Of a stretch of 64,000 nt of DNA, positions 28,412-35,086 are shown in pieces. Made by a program: the position numbers and the translations under genes. The notes beneath the pieces are model-generated. The model searched no databases. It was not told the origin of the DNA and saw nothing but the letters and a program-made list of their open reading frames with translations. Within the stretch, counting starts at the first letter, position 1. Each line of letters begins with the position of its first letter. The DNA is from an uncultured virus (IMG/VR IMGVR_UViG_3300042888_001173) (lineage: Duplodnaviria; Heunggongvirae; Uroviricota; Caudoviricetes): IMG/VR virus record IMGVR_UViG_3300042888_001173. One strand, written 5' to 3'.

Positions 28412-28964
28412 TTTCATTTGTTATTAGATCCTCAAGTTTTGGATTACCATTAAATCTAATGCATACTGTTATTCTAGGATTATTAAAATCTACATTCACA
28501 ATATTATGTGGGATTGAACTGTTTACTAATGTCCATTCATTCTTGCCTTCTAGTTCTGTAGCAAGACATACATCATCTTCTTTAAAATAATAAGCATCTG
28601 CTACTTTAGGAATAACATTTGATTTTGTATTATAAAAACACATCCTTGTCCCTTCAAACCCCACGAGAGGTAAGTTGAAGCTTGCATATCTCAATGTTGA
28701 TTTACCATCAGCATGAATGGCCTGGGAATACGTGTGTTTAAATATTGAAAAATATTCAATCGGTGGAAATTTTAGTTTACTAACTAGCAACGAACTAAGT
28801 TTTAATATTTCTAAATCTTTATAAAAATCTTTTTTAAAATACATCATATATAAAGGACTAGACAATTGTTCAAAAATTTTATATTTTGGTATGAATTCTT
28901 TCAAAAAATAGTTAGTCCAATATACATTATCTATTTCTGGAAAGTGTTTATAAAAGTTTTGCAT
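28401..28964 (-). CDS. putative Fe(II)/2OG-type oxygenase (family B)
   Basis: IHAD...IPHNIVN...RITVCIRF; AT-rich. Confidence 0.6.
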   Translation of the reverse strand: MQNFYKHFPEIDNVYWTNYFLKEFIPKYKIFEQLSSPLYMMYFKKDFYKDLEILKLSSLLVSKLKFPPIEYFSIFKHTYSQAIHADGKSTLRYASFNLPLVGFEGTRMCFYNTKSNVIPKVADAYYFKEDDVCLATELEGKNEWTLVNSSIPHNIVNVDFNNPRITVCIRFNGNPKLEDLITNEIQS

Positions 28965-29009
28965 GTTGGTATTTATTAATTATGTAGAGTTCTAAGAGTC
29001 CAACTTAGT

Positions 29010-29084
29010 TGGTGCAACCTCTAGGAATCGAACTCCTATTCGCACTTTGGAAGAGAGCTGTATTCTCTATTATACAAAGGCGGC
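29010..29084 (-). pseudogene. degenerate/chimeric tRNA
   Basis: 3' 24 nt match tRNA-Phe (1 mismatch); acceptor, T and anticodon stems mispaired. Confidence 0.7.
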
Positions 29085-29088
29085 AATG

Positions 29089-29652
29089 TTATGCAATAAT
29101 TGCTAAATTTTTATAACGTTTGAGACTTTTTTCTATCAGCGTCTGATGCCTTGCTGTATCAATAAATCCTCTAATATAGATAATCTTTCTGCCCGGATCA
29201 TCCTTGAGCATGTGTAGCCCTGCTGTGGTATTTAAAAGATAACAACAAGGCACAGATGGCAATTCTGCTAACTTAAACGTGCCTCCACTTTTAACATAAA
29301 GTACATCAGTGGACCCTTCTAGGACTAGACGATACCCTGCAGGTTCGTTATCTAAAATATTAGTGTATTCTCCTTCTTCAAATTTCATATTTGGATATAC
29401 ATCGTAATGAGGTGACACAGCTTGTCTTTGCTCTTTATAATATACATTTGTTACTTTGCTTATAGGCAACTGATCTAGTACAGATTTTAAAGTATCATCA
29501 ACTGTTTCAGTAATTCTAGAAGTATCCCAATACTGTTGATACTCTGCAGTTTTTATGTAGGTTAGGTTGTTGATGACGTTAATTGTAGACTGTATTTTTG
29601 ATGTATCAATCTTTGGAATTTCAATATCAATTGGAAGGAATAATATGTTCAT
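29089..29652 (-). CDS. putative Fe(II)/2OG-type oxygenase (family A)
   Basis: MNILFLPIDIEIP, PHYD...LH...RK, C-terminal H..LIEKSLKRYK. Confidence 0.55.
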   Translation of the reverse strand: MNILFLPIDIEIPKIDTSKIQSTINVINNLTYIKTAEYQQYWDTSRITETVDDTLKSVLDQLPISKVTNVYYKEQRQAVSPHYDVYPNMKFEEGEYTNILDNEPAGYRLVLEGSTDVLYVKSGGTFKLAELPSVPCCYLLNTTAGLHMLKDDPGRKIIYIRGFIDTARHQTLIEKSLKRYKNLAIIA

Positions 29653-29690
29653 ATAATATTTATTAAATTCCACCATTCTCGCATTTGTCT

Positions 29691-29766
29691 TGGTGCAACC
29701 TCCAGGAATCGAACCTGGTTCAACGGTTCTTCAAACCGCCGCTATGACCACATCAGCTAAAGTTGC
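29691..29766 (-). tRNA. tRNA-Phe(GAA)
   Basis: GCGGT-TTGAAGA-ACCGT, CCA. Confidence 0.92.
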
Positions 29767-29767
29767 A

Positions 29768-30172
29768 TTAATCCTTTATAGTAGTATCAACTACATCAAC
29801 ACTGACACTTTCGGAATAGTATCCATTGCTGGAACCATACCACCGAACAGTTACAAATCCCTTGCGTGTAGCAAACTTGTAAAATGTCCATGTGTAAGAC
29901 TCGTCTCCTGTAGCTTCACCTTCATAGTCAGAAACTTCTTCAGCTTCAACTAGTGGTGCTCCCACAAGGTCATCGAGGTCACCACATATGTCTTCTATGT
30001 AAACACTTTCGCAACAATCTTGGTGATGTTGGAATCTTACATAGTTTGTCTTGGACAGATACAGTGTCAATACTGAGTCGTCTGCTTCTGCCTTGTACAA
30101 TGATCGTCCTAGTAATTCTTCGAACTTACGAACAGATCCCTTTAATGTGTTTAATATTTTTACTTGTTCCAT
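29768..30172 (-). CDS. hypothetical phage protein
   Basis: HHQDCCESV, WTFYK, RWYGSSNGYYSE. Confidence 0.75.
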   Translation of the reverse strand: MEQVKILNTLKGSVRKFEELLGRSLYKAEADDSVLTLYLSKTNYVRFQHHQDCCESVYIEDICGDLDDLVGAPLVEAEEVSDYEGEATGDESYTWTFYKFATRKGFVTVRWYGSSNGYYSESVSVDVVDTTIKD

Positions 30173-30188
30173 GATATTTCTACTTTGT

Positions 30189-30262
30189 TGGGTTGAACCG
30201 GGGAATCGAACCCTCTCTAACTGTTTCACAGACAGTTGTGCAGCCACTACACTAGGAACAAC
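30189..30262 (-). tRNA. tRNA-His(GTG)
   Basis: ACTGT-CTGTGAA-ACAGT, G-1:C73; two U-U mismatches in the acceptor stem. Confidence 0.85.
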
Positions 30263-30268
30263 ATTGAT

Positions 30269-30436
30269 CTATGTTTTAATCTTCTCCAATGCATCTTTAC
30301 GCATTAGAAATTTTCTATCTTGAATGGTCTTGCTGACCAACAGGTACTCAATGCCGTCAATTACTTGTACAGCCTTGGGATCATTACAGACCACTCGCTC
30401 ATTGTTGAATCTATTTTTAAATGTAATTGTTTTCAT
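30269..30436 (-). CDS. small hypothetical protein (55 aa, MKTITFKNRF...)
   Basis: Read manually; AAGGA SD. Confidence 0.6.
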   Translation of the reverse strand: MKTITFKNRFNNERVVCNDPKAVQVIDGIEYLLVSKTIQDRKFLMRKDALEKIKT

Positions 30437-30452
30437 AGCATTTTCCTTTATA

Positions 30453-30529
30453 TGGCCGGACCGGAGAGATTCGAACTCCCAACCTCAAGTTTCGAAGACT
30501 TGCTTTCTATCCAATTGAATTACGGTCCG
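30453..30529 (-). tRNA. tRNA-Arg(TCG)
   Basis: CAAGT-CTTCGAA-ACTTG, CCA. Confidence 0.92.
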
Positions 30530-30536
30530 ATAAATT

Positions 30537-30610
30537 TGGCAGAGGGTAAAGGAATCGAACCTTTAATAGCGGAATCAAAATCCGCGGTTATACCATTTAA
30601 CTAACCCCCA
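30537..30610 (-). tRNA. tRNA-Gln(TTG)
   Basis: GCGGA-TTTTGAT-TCCGC, GCCA end. Confidence 0.92.
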
Positions 30611-30618
30611 ACAGAAAC

Positions 30619-30694
30619 TGGTCTCCCTACTAGGATTCGAACCTAGACCACACGGCCCCAAACCGCGGATGCAACCAGATAACACTTTAGAGAG
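30619..30694 (-). tRNA. tRNA-Pro(TGG), second divergent copy
   Basis: CGCGG-TTTGGGG-CCGTG, CCA. Confidence 0.9.
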
Positions 30695-30701
30695 ATAATT
30701 G

Positions 30702-30903
30702 AATTTGTAAGTAGTAGAGCCACTTTAATCTCTACCATTCACCCGATTGCACTGGTCCGGACGGGAGGTGGTACATCACTTGGAATACTTGACATAGGTG
30801 CTCCGCTGCTTTTACGGGACTCGAACCCGCCCTACTTTTGCACTAGGTTGACCTTCGAAGAATCTTCCTAGCGAGTCTTTCTCTTGCTGACACTTACAAA
30901 ACT
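30702..30903 (-). ncRNA. candidate ~200-nt structured RNA with internal T-loop
   Basis: Closing stem TTTGTAAGTG/TACTTACAAA, internal CGGG-TTCGAGT-CCCG. Confidence 0.6.
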
Positions 30904-30978
30904 TGGTGGTAACGGCTGGATTCGAACCAGCACCTTGCTCCGTATGAAGGAGGTGCACGACCATTATGCTACGTTACC
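30904..30978 (-). tRNA. tRNA with CAT anticodon (elongator Met or lysidine Ile2)
   Basis: Loop TTCATAC, paired G1:C72, CCA. Confidence 0.88.
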
Positions 30979-31063
30979 ATATAAAAACACACTCAAGTCC
31001 GCGGCTCGGAAGGCACTATACCCGCGATGATCTATGATCAGGCCTAATGTGTTTTTATATGGT
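30976..31063 (-). ncRNA. long-stem/variable-loop cassette C
   Basis: ACCATATAAAAACACATT / AGTGTGTTTTTATATGGT. Confidence 0.65.
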
Positions 31064-31168
31064 GTCGCTACCCTCTAGCGGTCAGGCCTACTCTTGCGAC
31101 TTCTCATCCTCCGGTCACGACATTGTGTATGACTAGTACACCTGTTTCGATCACATCTTCTGATACTA

Positions 31169-31253
31169 ACCATAGAAAAACACACTAGTCGGAAACGACT
31201 TAGAGACCTACTCGCCCACAGTCACGAAGGCTTCTAATGTGTTTGTCTATGGT
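31169..31253 (-). ncRNA. long-stem/variable-loop cassette D
   Basis: ACCATAGACAAACACATTAG / CTAGTGTGTTTTTCTATGGT; begins with the ACCA of tRNA-Lys. Confidence 0.65.
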
Positions 31254-31325
31254 AGGAGCACCGGGACTCGAACCCGGAACTGGCAGATTAAAAGTCTGCT
31301 GTGATAACCATTTCACTATACTCCC
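31250..31325 (-). tRNA. tRNA-Lys(TTT)
   Basis: GCAGA-CTTTTAA-TCTGC, CCA. Confidence 0.95.
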
Positions 31326-31328
31326 ATA

Positions 31329-31403
31329 TGGTCCACGCTCTGAGAATCGAACTCAGTTAGTCCGGTTAAGAGCCGGGTACTTCGCCACTAAAGTTTAGCG
31401 TGG
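31329..31403 (-). tRNA. tRNA-Lys(CTT)
   Basis: Loop CTCTTAA, CCA. Confidence 0.88.
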
Positions 31404-31506
31404 ATGGATCGTAAATATTTTCTTTTACGTGCCATCCAGGACCATACGGGGGTCTAGGATGACACTAGAGTTTACCTCGTTTCATGTCATTCTCCATTTT
31501 AAAAAT

Positions 31507-31580
31507 TGGTTCCCAGAGCAAGAATCGAACTTGCGAAGACCGGTTATCAGCCGATTATTATACCATTTAATTATCCGGGA
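31507..31580 (-). tRNA. tRNA-Ile(GAT)
   Basis: ATCGG-CTGATAA-CCGGT, CCA. Confidence 0.92.
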
Positions 31581-31584
31581 AAAT

Positions 31585-31674
31585 TGGCGGAAGTAGTAGG
31601 ATTCGAACCCACGGACCCTTTCGAGCCTTCAGTTTTCAAGACTGCTGCCTTAAGCCATGCTCAGCCATACTTCC
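31585..31674 (-). tRNA. tRNA-Ser(TGA)
   Basis: Loop CTTGAAA, long variable arm, GCCA end. Confidence 0.95.
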
Positions 31675-31742
31675 ATATTAGGTGCAGGGCTTCCACCTAC
31701 TCCCACATCGCTTTAAAGTCTGCGTGTCCAAGACTGGTTGAT

Positions 31743-31819
31743 TGGTACCCCTGGGCAGATTCGAACCGCCATCCAGCAGATTTTAAGTCTACCCGCACTA
31801 CCAATTAGCGTACAGGGGT
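31743..31819 (-). tRNA. tRNA with TAA anticodon (Leu), short variable loop
   Basis: GTAGA-CTTAAAA-TCTGC, 77 nt, CCA. Confidence 0.85.
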
Positions 31820-31823
31820 ATAT

Positions 31824-31901
31824 TGGAATAGGGAGTGGGATTCGAACCCACGGGTTTACAGTTTTGCAGACTGTTGCATTGGGCCTCTCTGCCATCCCTA
31901 T
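31824..31901 (-). tRNA. tRNA-Cys(GCA)
   Basis: ACAGT-CTGCAAA-ACTGT, U73, CCA. Confidence 0.93.
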
Positions 31902-31907
31902 ATGGTG

Positions 31908-31999
31908 TGGTACCAGCGGAGGGAATCAAACCCTCTCAAGAACGCTAATCTGGCGCTAAAAGTCTTATAAGGACTCTCTGACTGTCAAGTCTCGCTGGC
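31908..31999 (-). tRNA. atypical tRNA with TAT anticodon (Ile), long variable arm
   Basis: GCCAGCG/CGCTGGT+ACCA, GAGTC-CTTATAA-GACTT, 4-nt D loop. Confidence 0.7.
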
Positions 32000-32002
32000 A
32001 TA

Positions 32003-32076
32003 TGGAGCGGGATAGGAGAATCGAACTCCTGACTAAACCTTGGCAAGGTTTCGTTTGACCATTAAACTAATCCCGC
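32003..32076 (-). tRNA. tRNA-Gly(GCC)
   Basis: AAACC-TTGCCAA-GGTTT, TCCA end. Confidence 0.95.
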
Positions 32077-32083
32077 GGTATAT

Positions 32084-32158
32084 TGGTACACGATACGAGA
32101 ATCGAACTCGTCTTTCCGCCTTGAAAGGGCAGCGTCCTAACCGATAGACGAATCGTGC
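32084..32158 (-). tRNA. tRNA-Glu(TTC)
   Basis: CTGCC-CTTTCAA-GGCGG, CCA. Confidence 0.93.
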
Positions 32159-32166
32159 AAATTGTT

Positions 32167-32240
32167 TGGCGTACCTCCAGGGACTCGAACCCCGACGAAC
32201 AGTTTTGGAGACTGTGATGCTGCCATTACATTAGAGATAC
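32167..32240 (-). tRNA. tRNA-Trp(CCA)
   Basis: ACAGT-CTCCAAA-ACTGT, GCCA end. Confidence 0.93.
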
Positions 32241-32246
32241 ATTGTC

Positions 32247-32322
32247 TGGCTCCCCGAGTACGGATCGAACGTACGACATCTTCGTTAACAGCGAAGCGCA
32301 ACTACCTCTGTGCTATCGGGGA
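32247..32322 (-). tRNA. tRNA-Asn(GTT)
   Basis: CTTCG-CTGTTAA-CGAAG, GCCA end. Confidence 0.93.
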
Positions 32323-32328
32323 ATAAAC

Positions 32329-32404
32329 TGGCGCCTCGTAGGGGAGTCGAACCCCTGTATTCCGCTAGACAGGCGGATATAATAGACCGTTATATGAACG
32401 AGGC
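32329..32404 (-). tRNA. tRNA-Asp(GTC)
   Basis: TCCGC-CTGTCTA-GCGGA, GCCA end. Confidence 0.92.
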
Positions 32405-32410
32405 AAAACT

Positions 32411-32499
32411 TGGTGGAAGTGGTAGGATTCGAACCTACAATGTTTCTTATGTGGCGGATTTACAGTCCGTTGCCTTCAACCAATTCAGCGCACACTTCC
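32411..32499 (-). tRNA. tRNA-Tyr(GTA)
   Basis: Loop CTGTAAA, variable arm, CCA. Confidence 0.93.
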
Positions 32500-32507
32500 A
32501 TAAATTG

Positions 32508-32622
32508 TAAACACACTCTCCGCTATGCTTTTAGACAGCGTCAAGAGCTGAATGAAGAATGTGTGTATTAAAACATTCTAAACTACTTAGTCTGACTGTT
32601 CGTAAAGAATGCTTTAATACGC
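32508..32622 (-). ncRNA. two adjacent long-stem/variable-loop cassettes (F1 32508-32567, F2 32563-32622)
   Basis: ACACATTCT/AGAGTGTGT and GTATTAAAGCATTCT/AGAATGTTTTAATAC stems. Confidence 0.55.
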
Positions 32623-32726
32623 TAGGGTTTTTTATCTCACAAAAGAGACTTCATCGCCTAGGCCGCCCGTTTACAACTGTTTATCGTGTGTTGCGAGGAC
32701 CTCGTTTCCCCTACCACGTTGCAGTA

Positions 32727-32879
32727 CTAGCGGGCATTTGGCCTACTTTCCTGCTTGTTTATAGCTCGATGATACTGTGCCACACGTTTCACCTTATTAT
32801 GGATCAGTTTCAAAAACTGATCCTTAGTAAGAGTGTGCGTCACTGTCCATTCTGCTTCTTTAATCTTTTTCTCTGTCAT
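32727..32879 (-). CDS. small basic protein (50 aa, MTEKKIKEAEW...), first ORF after the attenuator
   Basis: AAGGAACA-ATG; read manually. Confidence 0.55.
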   Translation of the reverse strand: MTEKKIKEAEWTVTHTLTKDQFLKLIHNKVKRVAQYHRAINKQESRPNAR

Positions 32880-32892
32880 TGTTCCTTAAAAC

Positions 32893-32925
32893 AAAAAACC
32901 CCAGGAGTTTTAATTCCCAGGGTCC
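32893..32925 (-). terminator. intrinsic terminator of the putative attenuator
   Basis: GACCCTGGGA-loop-TCCTGGGGTT followed by TTTTGTTT. Confidence 0.8.
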
Positions 32926-32951
32926 TTGAAGTTTGCGGTGTATGTTTTACT

Positions 32952-33095
32952 TTACACTACGTCCTCCCGGACCCTTGAAATCTCTGGTGTACGATCATAT
33001 GATAAACTTCCACCATTAATCGATAACCAAGAGCAGGCTATTACACCTACCTGTTTGGGCATCGTATTAAACTGATGTCTGTTAAATGATTTCAT
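32952..33095 (-). CDS. putative leader peptide (47 aa) of the tRNA operon
   Basis: MKSFNRHQFNTMPKQVGVIACSWLSINGGSLSYDRTPEISRVREDVV*, between promoter and terminator; AAGGA upstream. Confidence 0.65.
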   Translation of the reverse strand: MKSFNRHQFNTMPKQVGVIACSWLSINGGSLSYDRTPEISRVREDVV

Positions 33096-33143
33096 TTGCT
33101 TTCTTTTTCCTTTTATAAACAGCACCTTGCTGTCTATGTTTTA

Positions 33144-33172
33144 ATTATACAGTTATTTAGTTCTCTTGTCAA
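33144..33172 (-). promoter_or_regulatory. sigma70 consensus promoter heading the main tRNA array
   Basis: TTGACA-17bp-TATAAT. Confidence 0.88.
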
Positions 33173-33296
33173 CCTCTATTTGCCGTTTTGGCAAAATAAA
33201 TTTTGACGCCTTCCTAACCAACTGTATGTATTGTAATGTCTTTTTATTTATATGTCAACAAAAATATGATCTGATTATGTGGCTTTTTTACCACAT

Positions 33297-33551
33297 TCAC
33301 TCAAATGTTGTTTCACCCGTGATCAAAATGTGTTTGCCGATTTCAAACAGACCCACACTTCCAGGGAGATCCATTGCTGCCACGTGTATCTGGACTTCTC
33401 CGCCGTCGTCGATTGAGCAGGCCACAAATTCTTTTATGCTATCGCTTTCTATTTCCGCTTTGATGAATTCAATCACTGCTAACATGGCTTTCTTTTGTTC
33501 TTGCTGTTGAATATCTTCTTTGCGTTTGCTGTTGATGCTGATGACTTCCAT
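33297..33551 (-). CDS. hypothetical protein
   Basis: 84 aa from MEVISIN, AGGA SD. Confidence 0.65.
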   Translation of the reverse strand: MEVISINSKRKEDIQQQEQKKAMLAVIEFIKAEIESDSIKEFVACSIDDGGEVQIHVAAMDLPGSVGLFEIGKHILITGETTFE

Positions 33552-33558
33552 GTGTGTC

Positions 33559-34152
33559 CTATAGTAATTGATCTGCGATACCAAAATCTAGTGCTTCTTG
33601 AACAGTCATATAAACGTCTGAAGCCGGTAACAATTTTGATTTTATCTTTGATGGTGTTAGATCCGTGGCCTGTTGCAGTATATTGATCATCTTTTGATTC
33701 AAGAATTCGTTTTCCTTCATTTCAGCCTTGAGGTCGTGAAACTTAATATCAGCGGCACTCCCAGAAAACTGATGACACATAATTCCTGTGTTGGCAGCTA
33801 GGTATCGTTCTCCTTTGGCGCCCGCAGCAAAAATCAAAAAGGCAGCACTCATTATACTGCCAACACCAATAGTTCTCACACTGTGTTTACTGCTCTGCAT
33901 GATGTCTATAAGAGCAAATGCTTGATATAGATCTCCCCCTGTGGAATTTACATAAAGGGTGAGTATTTTTTCCTTGACTTCGAGATTTTCATAAACAATC
34001 CATTTGATGCATTCCTCCACATTTTCAGCAGTGATTTCACCACCGAGATAGTGGATGGAATTGTCTAATAATTTTACGCCAATTCTATCACTAGCATTGA
34101 ACTCATCAATTTTCTTCAAGATCTGCTCCTTGGGATTACTATTACTTATCAC
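33559..34152 (-). CDS. clpP: ClpP-like protease subunit
   Basis: LYVNSTGG, GSIMSAA (Ser), IMCHQ (His), D.YMT..EA..FGI.D. Confidence 0.85.
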   Translation of the reverse strand: MISNSNPKEQILKKIDEFNASDRIGVKLLDNSIHYLGGEITAENVEECIKWIVYENLEVKEKILTLYVNSTGGDLYQAFALIDIMQSSKHSVRTIGVGSIMSAAFLIFAAGAKGERYLAANTGIMCHQFSGSAADIKFHDLKAEMKENEFLNQKMINILQQATDLTPSKIKSKLLPASDVYMTVQEALDFGIADQLL

Positions 34153-34178
34153 TGTGATAATTATAGCATAAGTTTATT

Positions 34179-34367
34179 CTAAAGCATATCTCGAAACATC
34201 TGATTTTTGCCCGCTTCGCCTAATTCCTGTGTAAAAATGGTGTTTACGTGCTGTAACATAGCACAGGCCATCATGAGTAGATCCTGCCGATCATCACACA
34301 TGAGTATTTGTTTTTCAATTGGCAACATCAATTCTGCCATTCTAGTCTGCATTTCGCTTCTATCCAT
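34179..34367 (-). CDS. hypothetical protein
   Basis: 62-aa ORF in operon. Confidence 0.6.
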   Translation of the reverse strand: MDRSEMQTRMAELMLPIEKQILMCDDRQDLLMMACAMLQHVNTIFTQELGEAGKNQMFRDML

Positions 34368-34818
34368 GGCGTTCCTTGGTCAACTCGCATATTAGCTGAA
34401 ACTGCTCGTAGGCTTTACGAACACCGTCGTGTTTCATCAATTTGTCTGCTTCATCCTGCATGGCTTTAATGCCAGCTTCTGCATGATCTCTAGAACTGCC
34501 GTAAGTTAGTGAGCATAGTTCATCACCAAACTCTTTGGCTAACTTTTCCCAGGCTTTTTTCTGCCCTAGAGTAATCGGAGTTCGTTGAGGTCGCATTTCG
34601 CTGGCTTTGCTAATTGCTCGACATATGGCATCTTCAGCAACTCTACCCGCGGCAATCATAGCCGCATAGTTAGGATCAATATTAAACCTACGACTACTGC
34701 CTCCGGGATAAGACATAACCAGGTGGTTACCTTTTGGAAAGCTGTCCAAAAAGTCGTTGTCATATTCTGCAACAGGCACATACCGTCGCCCAACTTTTTC
34801 ATAGTAAATTTTCTTCAT
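34360..34818 (-). CDS. hypothetical protein
   Basis: 152 aa from MKKIYYEK. Confidence 0.7.
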   Translation of the reverse strand: MKKIYYEKVGRRYVPVAEYDNDFLDSFPKGNHLVMSYPGGSSRRFNIDPNYAAMIAAGRVAEDAICRAISKASEMRPQRTPITLGQKKAWEKLAKEFGDELCSLTYGSSRDHAEAGIKAMQDEADKLMKHDGVRKAYEQFQLICELTKERHG

Positions 34819-35086
34819 AGGTTTCCCACGCTTTCTTTTCGTAGTTCCAATGTCTATTATCGTAGAAGTTAAAATGCACACAGTACCCAAACAGGCCAGC
34901 TTCAAAATCAAGGCCGGCGTGGTCTTGCCGTACAGTCCAACTAAAACTGAACGACACTAGAACACTTTCCCTAGTAACTTCTAGTTCAATGACCTTGTTC
35001 GTAAACGGAGTTGTGTAACTACGGCACCACAGATTATCAAAACGAGCACACCACGAGTTGCGGATGGTAAAGTTAAATGAGATCAA
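34799..35086 (-). CDS. hypothetical protein
   Basis: 95 aa, DHAG...YD.RHW. Confidence 0.65.
   Translation of the reverse strand: MISFNFTIRNSWCARFDNLWCRSYTTPFTNKVIELEVTRESVLVSFSFSWTVRQDHAGLDFEAGLFGYCVHFNFYDNRHWNYEKKAWETYEENLL

Noticed and set aside
22862..30247. N-terminal extensions of ORFs 22637-22957, 24540-25220, 25229-25453 and 29768-30247
   Set aside because: The extensions run through tRNA genes; downstream ATGs were used instead
31679..31740. Short hairpin-containing spacer between tRNA-Leu(TAA) and tRNA-Ser(TGA)
   Set aside because: Only short stems; insufficient to call an RNA gene
22898..32499. Suppressor tRNA or stop-codon reassignment
   Set aside because: No CTA, TTA or TCA anticodon found; long genes are intact in the standard code and TAG is used as a stop
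25463..32622. CRISPR array interpretation of the stem-loop cassettes
   Set aside because: Arms are inverted rather than direct repeats, are not identical or regularly spaced, and no cas genes are present
29690..32978. ORF-track entries on the plus strand across the tRNA array (e.g. 29690, 30320, 31506, 31738, 32310, 32559)
   Set aside because: They are antisense shadows of tRNAs and hairpins with no SD or protein-like features
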